A DNA stretch of 20,000 bases from Perkinsus olseni (taxonomy: Eukaryota). The position numbers and the translations under genes are program-made. The notes beneath the pieces are model-generated. The model was not told where the DNA came from, did no database searches, and was given only the letters and a program-made list of their open reading frames with translations. Within the stretch, counting starts at the first letter, position 1; each line of letters starts with the position of its first letter. Positions 1-11,479 of the stretch are shown in pieces. The stretch lies in the NCBI GenBank assembly GCA_013115125.1, contig JABANN010000018.1, positions 113,404 through 133,403 on the forward strand. Direction: 5' to 3'.

Positions 1-3000
1 GCCATTGTCGGAACACCTGACGGAACGGCAATACCACTCGGAACGTAACTCCCTCTCTGAGACTAGGAGTGGACGTATCGAATGCTCAGACAGCGGTTCC
101 ATGGTCACACTGCACATCCCGTGACAGAAGGAGAAACACCCTTCTCCGGTGATAGCGCGAGCTCACCTCAGCCTGGGTCGTGGTGTCCCCTTTCGGCGGC
201 TTCATCCAGTTCCGTATAGCCCGCTTGTAGTCCTTGCATAGGATAGCCCCACCAATACGAACCTACCCGTTGCAATGCGACTGTTGGTGACACGTGTTGT
301 TCTCACATGCTGGGAGCCGCCATCCAGGGCCCATCCGAAACGCTGCAGGCCAAAGTAGTTCACAAAGCCGAGCTCTCTTAGGGACTTGAGCCTCTCTGAT
401 GCGCCTTGGGGAACGCCACGTACGCGCACGCGAAAGAAATTCCTGAAAATTAGTTCCAGGAAATTGGAGGGCGCCGCAGTGGCCCCCTTGCTAAGGACCG
501 GTGTAGTCCACCTACCCCATGAGCATCCCGTACTGCAGCTTCCGTGACGTATTGTCAGCCTCGAAATTATCGACCTGAGCCCAACCTCTCTTGAGGGTGC
601 TGCACAGATCCTCTATAGCAAACTGAATCTCCGCTGGACTGTGTGTGGCTGGCAAGGTGGCGAATCTGGAAGGAAGCACTGCAAAATATTGCGCAAAAGA
701 GAGAAAAAATGAACAAATTTGTGGAAATGAAAACAATACAAACAATAAAAGGTTTATTGTAATAAACACTATAAGTAACCGTACTAGTACTATCATATAC
801 TAAAGGATATCGATCAGCCCGAAAACCACACTCGGACTCGGCGGAGCGAAGCGTCTCCTACGTACTGATAGGTGAGCCCTCTCTTATCCTTAAGGCCGGC
901 AAAATGCAGCGAGTCCCGCGGCAGCTTGAGCCTTCTCTCGAGATGACTCTGTAGCGTTGGCATATCGATGTTCACTTTATGCAAAACGAAACGCCAGCGC
1001 GCTCGCCCTATCAGGCCGGTTTGCGAGAAGGCTCGGGACCAGGAGACTCGGACCGGATACGCATCCTGCGGTCGGTAAAGATAGTGGAAGGCTCTCCGAG
1101 ACAGCGACCTCACCTGCTCAGCCTCCTCTTCCGTGTTGAGGGCAAAGCGCACTTCCTTGAGTTTCAGGCGTATCTTTTCCCGGAAATCTTGCAAGTGCGA
1201 TTCAGCCGTCTCTCCTTGGGGCAGGCGAAAGTGCAGATCCAAAAAATCAGGTGAGTAGCTGAGCCAGAGGAAAGAGAGAGCCTCAACCCACGCCCGGAGA
1301 CTCTTCCCGTCAACCCCGGTCAGAAGCCTTCACTTTCCGAAATGCCGAGTATTCTGAGCGTTACGCCGCCTTCCCCACCTACCCTGCCATATAGAAGCTC
1401 ATGAACCGCTTGACATCTCCAGCGTCTAGGACCCTCTCCAGCATGCTGCTGGTCTCCGCATCCGACGACAGGCTCAGCATAGTCTTGTTCGCGAAGAACT
1501 TCGAACTCACCGAGCAGGTGATCTGATCGACGACACTCAGTGCCACCGCGGGACCCATCGCGACGGCATCTTCCTCTCACTTCTTCTGTGATACGTAGCA
1601 TGGCTCCCCTGATCTTCTTAACATCGCTCTTGGTGAAGGTAGACGGGAGCTCACAAACCAACACATGCTTCCACGCGGGGGCGTCGGTGGTACCCGCGTT
1701 CGCCTGAGCATGCGGGGTTCGTCACTGCCAAGAATGCCTCCAAGCTCACTCGATGCATATCGATGAACAGCTCTATATTCCTCAGGGATTCTTCCCCACA
1801 GCACTCCAAGACGAAGGCTCTGGCCTCCTCCGCTTTCATGGAGTAACTGATAACACGCCCTCCAATCCCTCCTTAATATCGCCGTCCCTGCTACCCTTCC
1901 CAGAAGGCCTTTCGGAGCTCCTCCGTCGAGTCAGCGTCGGGCAAGGGCGTATCGTCTATACCATCACTTGGGGCGAAGGACTCCAACCTGCGGACCGCTT
2001 CCGAGCGGAATAGCTGAGCTTGAGACAACTCACTTATGCATCGTTTGTGTTTTCATGTGCTCCTCCACTTCCCTCCATCCCTCCACCCCCGTCTCGAAGG
2101 GCAGTCTGGCAACTTTACCGTCTATGCCCACCTCTCGAACCTCCCAGTCTTTTATCTGTTGACAGACCGATCCCGGCGGATGCCTTCGGAAACTGCAGTT
2201 GTTTATTTTCTGAATTATGGAACCTTAGATCAGCTTGACGCTGGTGAGTGACTTTATCAGTGCTACTGCGGACAGAATCTTAAGATTCCACATACCATCG
2301 ACCGCTTGACGGGAACCCATAGAAGAAAGAGCGCTAACGTAAGGCCCCTCTCGGAACATGGCACCGGAAAGTCAGAATAGTCATCTGCCGTTCAGGTGCA
2401 GTGCATACACGATACCATTAAACTGTTGCATTGATACTACAGGGACTGTAGCTCCTCCTTAATAGCTCGTCAGCTTCCATCGTGAGTATGAGCCCAATCT
2501 ACCAATGTTTCGTTCTACACCCCCGAGAAGACTATTCGACAGTCCTCACTCCAACTCACCTTCACTTTAACACGTCCACCGATAGACTGCAAATCGATGA
2601 ACTCCGTTATACCAACGCTGTCGTAGGACGGATAGCTAGGCACCACTCGTTCCCGGCTGCGTTGTCGGATCTGTGAAGGAACGCTGAGTCGAGGAGAGGC
2701 GAGGAGCGTGGCGCACCTCTCCAGCGATCGGTAGCTTCCATCGGTGAGTTGGTCGGGTCTCTTCCTGCGGTACCTTGGAGGAGGCAGCTAGAGGACAACA
2801 CCGCCGGTGTGTTGTGCGCAGCCAATACTGCCACTCGGGCCGGCTCAGCATTGGAACGAACAAAAACTGATCGTCGAAGTAGTTGAACAGTTGGTGTCGT
2901 GGCAAATTTGGATTGCCACAACTCCGCTGCCGATCGACGGTATCTACTGCCCGGAGGCTATCTCTGCCCTCACCCGTAGAGAGGGAGCACGGGGAAGTGG

Positions 3001-3033
3001 GAGGCCATTGCGTAGGCCCAACGCAGGTAGCAT
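1..3033 (-). CDS. PUS7: TruD/PUS7-family pseudouridine synthase, multi-exon, 3' end beyond window start; N-terminal organellar-type presequence
   Basis: Manual splicing: exons 2974-3033, 2717-2926, 2560-2670, 2034-2155 and further exons toward position 1. Exons 3+4 give SVGITEFIDLQSIGGRVKVK|IKDWEVREVGIDGKVARL, matching the PUS7 N-terminal motif (DVGIT.F...G.lK....DF.V.EI..DG). The catalytic motif FAGLKDKRGLTYQ is at ~865-903; GMLMG|NFFRVRVR and GFVNYFGLQRFG (~335-370) are TruD signatures. The start codon is less certain than the family call. Confidence 0.9.
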
Positions 3034-3483
3034 CGTTCCGTACTGTATTGATGAAAATCATGCTTATATCATCAGTATCGCTCATGCCAGACGATAACAG
3101 AATCATATCCCCCTCCTTTGATGCTCAAGTCCAACATGACAGCACCAGCTACTTCGACCTCTTGTCAAATTCGCGACTACTCCTAACGGGATGAGGAAGT
3201 GCTTGTATTGTGGCACGAGCCATACCAAATTATTCCCACTTCACACTGTTGGTGAATACTGAGGCATATCCCGCTACGAACTACCAAGCACTCGACTGGA
3301 AGGCCTTGAGCGGCGCTTCTGCAAGCGAGGTAGTTGCCCCAGGACTCAGCCCCACACTGTAGCACCCATCCCGACACTCCCTCCCCTCCTAATTCATCGC
3401 TCAAGACGAAGCGAAGGTCTTCACATCTCTCCAGTAGTAGCAGTATAAACAGTCGAAAACAATAATAGGAACACTGGTATCAT

Positions 3484-5858
3484 TTACAGATCCTTAGCGG
3501 CCTCCTCGATGATGCCCATGGCCTTCTTGAAGTTACGTTCCTTGACGCCTGTGATGGACTTGCCCTGCCAGATGGGCTTCTTTCCGCCAGCTCCCTTCGC
3601 CCCGAACTCCGCTAGTAACTGTCAGGAACTCTCACTTCACCCAAGCCCAGAAGCCGAAGCGGCCTACCGAATTGAGCATATCCTTGTTCGCCAACAGAGG
3701 AGTGCCTTCATTGTAGTCCGCGAAGAGGAAGGCTGTGGGACAGCAGAGGAGAATCTGAGGGAACGAAACGATAACAGAGTCGACGGCGACACAGGGTTCG
3801 TGTTACCGCCCTTGGTCCTCCCTCGGACGTCTTGATCTTCTCTGACAGGGCCTTCTCGAGCAGATGTAGGAAGGCGGACTCACAATCTCTGAAGGTACCG
3901 ACAACCTTCCCTTCAGAGGCCTTAGTGAGCATATCGGACGCCAGGAACTGGACCAGCTCATCAGAAAGGGCCTTCACCTGACAGATCGACAACCTCGCCG
4001 TAGCCACCACGACGAGACACAACGCAACGATGAGGCTAACTCGACAGCCGGTTCATTCACAATCACGATTCGACTAAGCTCACCTGTCGATTGGCGACCG
4101 TGAGCTGCTGCAAGCGTTGCTGGACGAGGTCAGGCAGCTTCTCTCGCTTGCAACTCAAGTCGTTGATCATGGCAGCTTCGCGAGCACAGCATTCGTCAAA
4201 ACGATCGAGGACTCTCTGGCCGATAAGGAAGCTCAGAGTGAGGATCTTCGTAGGGGCCTTCCACGAGTGTCCTGAAGTACCAACGAAGTCATGACCGCGC
4301 GCCACGAAATTCTCACCAGTGATCTTCACACACTGTAGCTCGGCGAGGTTCTCAACATGAGTCCCACCACAAGCATTCTTCTCGATGCCATCGATCTCCA
4401 CAATTCTAAAAACGTCTCCCTTCACTTTCGTCGGCAAGGCGGAGCGAAGCATCCTAAAACAGAAAATCAGCACAGGTCGGATCCACAACAGGCAAGGCGG
4501 ACTTGGTGAAGTTGACCACCAAGTTGAAATGTTGACTTCGTGAAGGGCCTTACGGATCTCTGTTGCCGTTATCATCTTCCAACTCACTGCGCTTCATCTG
4601 GCGGTTGAAAACTGTCCGGTGCTCCCGGATCGCCTGATTGCAGTGATCTTCCAGAGCCTTCACGCGGGACTCCAGCGTTTCGCCTGAAGTCAGCATCACA
4701 ATGCATATCCCATTAGCAAGATGAGGACCATCGAACGCTGTGTTGGCATGGAGCACCATCAAGGCTCGTGAACTCGGAAGTATCATTACTCATCGGTAAG
4801 CACGTTTGCGATTCTCATAAGTTTCACATGCTAAAAACTATGAAGACTCATTCAAGACCTATCTCAAGACTTTGAGTTGTCCCCAATTCAATACGAGACT
4901 TCAAATACACGATAGCAGGCGGAAGGTAGAACATCATAGCCATGACTTTACTGTAGAACTTCTAGCATCCAATTTTCATAGCTGTGCGAGTAAAATCTCT
5001 CCCACGTTCAGCGATCTATCGATTTCTCGCACTCTAGGCACGCCAGCCCATCCGAATGATTAATCCTGCCAAAGACAGAGGGGCAAGATTCTTACCTTGA
5101 GGGATGAGATCCAAGTTACAGGGACCGATGTCAACAGTACATGCCTGACTTCCGAACTCCCATGAATCGGTGTTGCCAAACTCAGGGAAGAGCTCGTGTG
5201 TCTGAAGCGAGAGAGCGGCGCTGGACTTGCATACGGCAGACTCACCTCGCACAGAGCACTGATGAGATGCTGACCCGAGTGCTGCTGAGTGTTATCCCAG
5301 CGCCTGGCCCAGTCTATGGTGACCTCCACCTCCGACCCAACTTCGACTCTGGTGTCCACATAATGGTGAACCTAATCCGAACAAGAATCAATCTTTTCGC
5401 CTCATAATTGAAACAACTGTGCGCAGTAGAAAGGCAAGAATCATAATGCTCTTATCTCACAGTATAAAATCTCATGAATCCTATACGTAAATTCTCATAA
5501 GTATGAGTGAATCGAGCAGCGGCATGCAAGGCCTGTCACAGTCAGCAAGCCTCAGCCCCAGCATTACCTCTCCTTCGGAGTTCTTGTCTGCATACAGGAC
5601 TTTAGCAGTGCCAATACGGCCGGTATCAGAGGGCTGACCGCCCCCCTCAGGATACAGCAAGGTCTGGTCCAGCGTCACCACGAACTTGGAACCTGGAATG
5701 ATAATCGGTATGAAAAGACGAGCTTCCTCAGCGCTCATCATCCTACCTTTGGCCATAGGAGCGACAGGCTTCTTGGGGGCCGGCTCGCACGTGAGGACTT
5801 TGGCGGTGGCGGAGCGCAGCTTCGGCTGGGCTATACAGAGAACTCGAGTAGTAGTCAT
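3484..5858 (-). CDS. Freestanding alanyl-tRNA editing protein (AlaX/AARSD1-like) with C-terminal C-Ala/DHHA1-like domain; multi-exon
   Basis: Spliced translation contains LYPEGGGQPSDTG, RRWDNTQQHSGQHLISA (HxxxH zinc motif, ~5268-5282) and NACGGTHV (CxxxH, ~4358-4372). The last exon has GAKGAGGKKPIWQG (GGKGGG-like C-Ala motif). ATG at 5858, TAA at 3484-3486; GT-AG introns are phase-consistent. Confidence 0.9.
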
Positions 5859-6941
5859 AGAACAGAAAAGGAATATAAAGAGAAATGCCTGACGGGGAGG
5901 ACCATCGTCATACAACACAGCAGCAAGAACGTCGTACTGGGGAGCGCAGGGGAACCCTTGTCACCACCGGGACAGCCCTGTGTCACCAGGCCCGTGTGCT
6001 CATTGCTGAGTAGCTAAATGGGCGACTCCGATACAAGCTATAGAGCATGAACAGCACCTCGCCCCATCCTGCCCAATTTGGAGTCTACTACTAACAGAAC
6101 GTGCTATTCACACCAGCACCACAACTTAGCCCCGCAGCAGCAGTAGCCTAGTAGCTAGCCACCCATCGGCATGCCCCATGGCTGTGGCTGAGGAGTCGAA
6201 GGGCCCCTCAGGAATGAGTAGGCCACCGGTGACTCCGTACACGGAGGTCGCTGCTTCCCACGCGCCCGCCCCCGCTTGGTCGCTACCTTGGGACACGGAG
6301 ATCGGCAGCACAACTTCAGCGCACAACTGTCTCGTGCTGGTTCCGGCTGACCGTGGGTTTACCCGTCAAAAGTGGCCGATCGATCAGCGTCTCAACGACG
6401 TCGTTGCATGACCGTCAAGGAATGACTTTATTTTCCAAGCTCCGCTCTCCCATGCACTTGCCGAGAACCTCTGTTACCGCGAAAATACAACTCCAGTACG
6501 AGCAGGCCTTGGGGGGACAGAGAGATGACGATGGAGACGCGTGTCACGCCAGGTCCGCAGAATTGGTGGCAAGCCCGTGCGAAGCCGTATGACGTTCAAT
6601 ACCTGCGTCGAGGATTCTTCACCTATTTACTGCAGGTAACTCCGTACAGAGCTTCGCAAGGTACAGCCAGGACCTCGGAAATCAGGCACTTTTCAGTGTG
6701 AACTGGGAACGCCTCTGCAACAAAACACCGCTCCGTCGGAGGCCAGGCCTATCTCTAGCTCAGACGTTATGTGGCCGATGACTGAGGAGAGACTCATTAT
6801 CCCTTCAGAATAGGTCTCCCCGGTCATTGAGAGGGAGAGTTCAGCCGTGTTACACCATTACTAGAAAACACAATACAGCACGGGTTCCAATCCTTCACAT
6901 GATGATGATGATGAAACACAAAATTCACGAAATGTAAAATC

Positions 6942-6945
6942 TCAC

Positions 6946-6985
<40 letters not shown>

Positions 6986-8843
6986 CGAGATATTCATACA
7001 CACAACTGAAGTCTTTTCTACCATGCCCTTTGGCACCTACGCCGGCGTAGAGCTCCCGAGCGAATTTTGCCACAGGAACCTGAGCCGTGGACAGAGCCAT
7101 CCCGAGTACGACCAGGCAGTCCCCTTCTCACCTCAGCACCACAGCCCTCCGCAGCTGCTCTCGCCAAGTCCAAGTCCTTCACCATCAAGTCCACCATGAA
7201 CCCCTGAGGCCTCCCCTATCGATCGCGCTACCCAGGCAGGGCCCTCCTACTCCAGTGTAGCCCCTATTAGACGGGATGTCCTTATCCATCACACCAGGCA
7301 CGGGATTGTAGGTATCCGAGCTCCAGCAGCGACCAGTCGAGGCATTCACGATTTGAGCGAAGACTTTCGGATCGACACCCAGCGTCCTGACGGAGCGTCG
7401 TGCACTCTGGCGGAGTCGAAGCATGGCCGGCCTACTTAGCGAGCCGGAAGCCTTCAGCCACGCCCAACATGCTGGCGGCGAGTATGAGGTTGTTCGACAC
7501 TTTCACTGCCTGCCCTAGGCCCGCCGATCCACAGTACTTAGGGTTGCCCATGGGACTCAGAATCTCCGTCGCCGCCTTCAAATCATCAGAACTGTCAGCG
7601 CCCACCATAAACGTCAAAGTGCCTGCTCCAGGGATCGAACCCGATACCTCCATACCGCACTAAACTGTTGTGCTTCCTGCAGAGAAGGGGGTATAATGTT
7701 CTCACCAGCCTTGGCTGCCGGTACTCCGCCACTGACGGGTGCATCAACCATCCTGTGCCCCTCCTCCTGGGCCTTCTTGATAACATGTTGAGCTGCTATA
7801 GGGTCAATAGTAGAGCAGTCTATTAAGAATGAGGGCTTCTTCAGTAGAGAGAGGATCTGAGCAGCACACAGGCCAAGCGGTGCAGGAGACGATAAAGCAA
7901 TACACCACGATGCGCAGTAAGAGACGCCACATTGTACCACATAAGGCACCTTGACGACTAAGAGGATACCTGCTCATTCTCAATCACCGGGTTCCGTAGA
8001 GAGACTCGGATAGAGTACAAGCTACATAAATATTATTATTATTATCAGCCTGAGGACATGATTTCACGTCAGGCAGCCATTCAAGGTTATTGTACTAATC
8101 TTGCTTTGACGTACGACATTTTGAGTACGGTAAATTTAAAATACGGTACAAAATGCATGGGTCGAAGACAACAGAGTAGTTCTTGCCTAGAGTGAAGCGG
8201 GACTCGGACTCGGTCAAAGACTATGCTACCAAATCCACTCTAGGTCGAACCGCCAGCCCGGCCATCTCCCTTACCCCTCCATCAGCGGTATAGAGGTCCA
8301 CTACATCTCGAGTGCCAGGTACCATAGAAATGATCACATCAGCACAGCTACACAACTCCCCAACATCTTCAGCCACTCGAGCTCCTTTAGAAGCAGCCTC
8401 GGCAATGCCTAAGCGAACGCCCCTGTACCATCGCTAACTCAACCCCTGTGAGCCAACAACAGCCGCGGATACTTACGACCTGATTTTTTCAACATATTAT
8501 CTGTTAAATTCTCTAAATTCAACACTCATGTAGATTTACAGAAATCTCCTACGAAAATTTAGATTGACAAACACGCCTGTAGAAAAATTATAGAAGCTGT
8601 TACGAGTCGTCCAATCCCCTCAAACTTTACTACTACCATAACGAGCAGACGCCCCTTGTTTCTACTACCAGGGGAGTCTTTCATCTTGTCAAAGACGACC
8701 AGGCTGCGTTGCGCCTTCAAAAGATTAGCTGCCATTCCCGAGCCCATATTCCCCAGTCCGATGAACCCGATCGTTGAGAAGCCTCGAGCCTCACTGAAGA
8801 CCCCACCGGCGCTCCTGAAACCCCTCTGCGCGAGACGCAGCAT
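6942..8843 (-). CDS. HIBADH: 3-hydroxyisobutyrate dehydrogenase, mitochondrial precursor; multi-exon
   Basis: Presequence [11 protein letters not shown]..., Rossmann motif [54 protein letters not shown] (catalytic Lys), [29 protein letters not shown] and [13 protein letters not shown] at 6942-6944. Confidence 0.95.
6948..6983. repeat. (GCT)12 microsatellite inside the last HIBADH exon, encoding Ser12
   Basis: 12 perfect GCT units on the + strand; the minus-strand frame reads ...YEYLD-(AGC)12-AAG-TGA. Confidence 0.95.
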
Positions 8844-9038
8844 GACAAAATGAAGCCTTAACAACAAGCTGGGAAGGCAGCATGGCCCTGTGATCTGGAT
8901 GACCGGCCCGTGGTGATTGTAACCCAAGACGAGCGATGGCATTACTGAAGAAAATTCAACACGATGACAGTCGAGCAGATCCAATAGACTAGGAAGCTTT
9001 TCGGCCCAGCACATCGGAAGCCCGTCACAGTTTTCTCT

Positions 9039-9625
9039 TTAGTCGGGCGTGGGCTTATAACCGTCAACGTAGAAGTTCACTGTGGAAGGCGGCAACGTCA
9101 CCTCTTGCCCGTCCATATCTTCCGTTACTTTAACCTGATCATCACAGTGATCGTAGCATGAGGGACCCAGCAGAAAAAACTACTTGGCATCCCAGTCGGC
9201 TAGTATCTTCCAATCCCGGAGCGAGGTCCAGCAAGTCCTCTTCCTCTTCAGAAGGCTCAGGGAGGCTATCATAAAGGTCTTGCGATAAAATACAGTGACA
9301 AGTGGAACACGCCATAGACTCCTGAGAGTTGACAAGTGCCACGAGAGCATTCGATTCAAAGTCTTGTTATCACCTCACAGGCCCCTTCAAGGTCAATACC
9401 ATTCAAGTGCGCAACCTTCAACAGCGACCAGCCAATCGGAGCCTTCGCGACCTTCTTCGTACCATCAGTGTCAACAAAGGTGATGTTGACGCTTGGAAGC
9501 CCCTTCGCGGCAGCCGCATCAACATGGAAGGCTCGACTGAACTTGGCCAGAGGAGCGCTAAGGACGGCTGGGGCGACTCCCCTTGCCAGTGCAGGGGCCA
9601 TAGCCCGTATTAATGATGATGACAT
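9039..9625 (-). CDS. Mitochondrial [2Fe-2S] ferredoxin, adrenodoxin/Yah1/FDX2 type, ~161 aa
   Basis: Exons 9374-9625, 9184-9321, 9039-9134. Motifs LEGACE|ESMACSTCHC (C-x5-C-x2-C), EEEDLLDLA, SRLGCQ|V and C-terminal VNFYVDGYKPTPD (cf. NFYVDGxxPxPH of FDX2/Yah1-type proteins). Ala/Arg-rich presequence. Confidence 0.95.
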
Positions 9626-9820
9626 GCTGTCGGGATTTTATACAGGTAGTAAAACTCTGACAAGACAACTCTCGATGAAACAACTCCCACGAACACAGGG
9701 GCCTTCGAGTATGCTTTCATATGCGCACGACTGAGTCCTGCCAGCAACATGGACGGGTTTCAATTCCAGAATGTCTATGTCACAACACCTCTGCGGCTCA
9801 TCTCATCATTATGCTTAGCC

Positions 9821-10216
9821 TCAGGAAATTCGAGAGAAACGCCGGGTGCCGGAGTCGAACTCTACTCCCGAGCCGAACCGCGGTCCAGAATTTCCGAGTT
9901 GAATTAAGCGTTGCTGAAGACCCACAAGTGCCTTCTGACGGGTAGAGGATGTCGAAACGCTCGGATGATTTGCTAACCTTAGCGGCCGAAGTCTTGTGTG
10001 GCATTGACGGGTTGCATACCATAAAATCAAGTCCACCCGCTGCTGCAGAGTCAGTCCTCTGTACCATATCTTAGTTTTCAAGCATGGGAACGACTTATTC
10101 ACGTCCAACCAACCTAATGCATTCAACGCCATCCACAAGGCTCTCTCGTGTTGCAGGTAGTTCACACGGTAGATGATCATGACATGAGTCGGGAGAGCTA
10201 GGTCAGGCCGCATCAT
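9821..10216 (-). CDS. Possible hypothetical protein (131 aa ORF)
   Basis: ATG-initiated ORF that fills most of the gap between two minus-strand genes on the same strand. No recognisable motif. Confidence 0.2.
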   Translation of the reverse strand: MMRPDLALPTHVMIIYRVNYLQHERALWMALNALGWLDVNKSFPCLKTKIWYRGLTLQQRVDLILWYATRQCHTRLRPLRLANHPSVSTSSTRQKALVGLQQRLIQLGNSGPRFGSGVEFDSGTRRFSRIS

Positions 10217-10320
10217 TCCAGACTGATTCGAGTTGAATCGGTCAACGCAACCTTCCGTTCCAAAACCGATAACGACACATCATCAGTTCACAAAACGACG
10301 AATAACATGTCTCCAACGTC

Positions 10321-11271
10321 TCAGAAGTTGAAGTTCAGCTGTTTGACCTGTGGGTGCAGCAACTCTTCCTCTAACTCAACAGAGTGGCCACAGTGACTCA
10401 TACACAGGCGGGCCGGCTCCAGCTCGGAGATCCACCAGATGCTACAGAGGGTTGTCGGAAGTCCGTCCTCTTCAATACGGCATAGGAAAAGTTGTCCCAC
10501 ATCCTCAGCATCTCCTTTACGGGTGGACACCAGGAGTACCTCCGGTGTGACGAAGCAGAAATCATCGACACAGCCCTTGGCTCCGTCGCAAACAACCTTT
10601 CTCGGAGGCTCGTCACCATCCCACAGGAGCAACTCGGTGATATTATTAGTAAAGTCTTCCATCCAGATCGCGCCCACTCTGGTCATCCCTGACGAAGTGA
10701 CCGCCATCTCGAACATCTCGCAGTCCTCTACATGCCCTTCGAGTTTCCGTAGTTTTCTCCACTTCAAAGTTGCCACGTCAAGCTCCCAGAGGTCGCATCT
10801 CTTCTGTGTCTCCTCGACGGACCGGGCAAGAAAGTGAAGGGTGGCCGGAGAATACGTAAAAAAACTCTCTGTAAACTCGCACAGAGTAATTGGAAGGTCG
10901 ACCCGCCTGGGCCTACCAGTGCCGTATGAAACCAGAAGACCATCTAGTGTTTCGCTCTCAGCATCGTAGGAATGCTCGACACTGTAGGAATTGACGGAAT
11001 TACAGCGAGAACAGCACTTCCCGGCTCCCACGGCACCGCTCTGTCTCGTCGGTATGCCAAGGCCTCGGGGGTCTCGACGGCCGAAAAACTGCGCAGTGAG
11101 GTAACGAGGGTCGGCGAGGCGATGCCCCATCCTTTGGAATACACGCTCGCATGCCCGAAGGTCGAGTGCCAGATTGAAAGTACCGCGGACCATTAGACAG
11201 CAACTGTACGGAGAGAGCTTCGGACCATAACCGACTGAGGTGATCGGCTGAGTGACAGTGACCGATGACAT
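10321..11271 (-). CDS. Hypothetical protein, paralog A of a tandem pair (beta-strand-rich, possibly a beta-propeller); homology starts at ATG 11193
   Basis: Uninterrupted 316 aa ORF colinear with the ORF at 11480-12505. Shared blocks: MVRG..NLA.DLRACERVFQR, QFFGRRDPRG, LWEL...TLKW, RVGA.W, LLWDGD.P.R.V..DG, F.FVTP.V.L.STR.GD, S.CGH. Confidence 0.75.
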   Translation of the reverse strand: MSSVTVTQPITSVGYGPKLSPYSCCLMVRGTFNLALDLRACERVFQRMGHRLADPRYLTAQFFGRRDPRGLGIPTRQSGAVGAGKCCSRCNSVNSYSVEHSYDAESETLDGLLVSYGTGRPRRVDLPITLCEFTESFFTYSPATLHFLARSVEETQKRCDLWELDVATLKWRKLRKLEGHVEDCEMFEMAVTSSGMTRVGAIWMEDFTNNITELLLWDGDEPPRKVVCDGAKGCVDDFCFVTPEVLLVSTRKGDAEDVGQLFLCRIEEDGLPTTLCSIWWISELEPARLCMSHCGHSVELEEELLHPQVKQLNFNF

Positions 11272-11479
11272 CAGTCAGCTTCGCGCCAGTGACCTTCGAC
11301 AACTTCAATTCTCATTCGGTAACTGACCCTATTCCCGTCCGATGACCGGAGAATGAGTTCGCAGTAGTAAATGAATCCAATAGCTGAGCTTCTTTCGTGA
11401 CAGTCAACTCAACCTTTGGCACTGAAAAAGACTTCAAACGCCTAATAGTGAATTTCTGAAGAATGATTACAGCAAGCTG

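Noticed and set aside
512-796. Hydrophobic 94-aa membrane-protein ORF
   Set aside because: The hydrophobic part is the translation of an AT-rich PUS7 intron (~690-800); only the 3' part is PUS7 exon.
2156-2359. Alternative PUS7 start at ATG 2359/2320 spliced into an extended exon 4
   Set aside because: It is frame-compatible but omits the conserved VGITEFI...VK segment encoded at 2560-2670, so the longer model is preferred.
2180-2890. Plus-strand multi-exon gene suggested by several GTGAGT/GTAAGG donors
   Set aside because: It needs several forced micro-exons and gives no recognisable protein. The region is better explained by minus-strand PUS7 exons 2-3 and intron 3, which restore a conserved motif.
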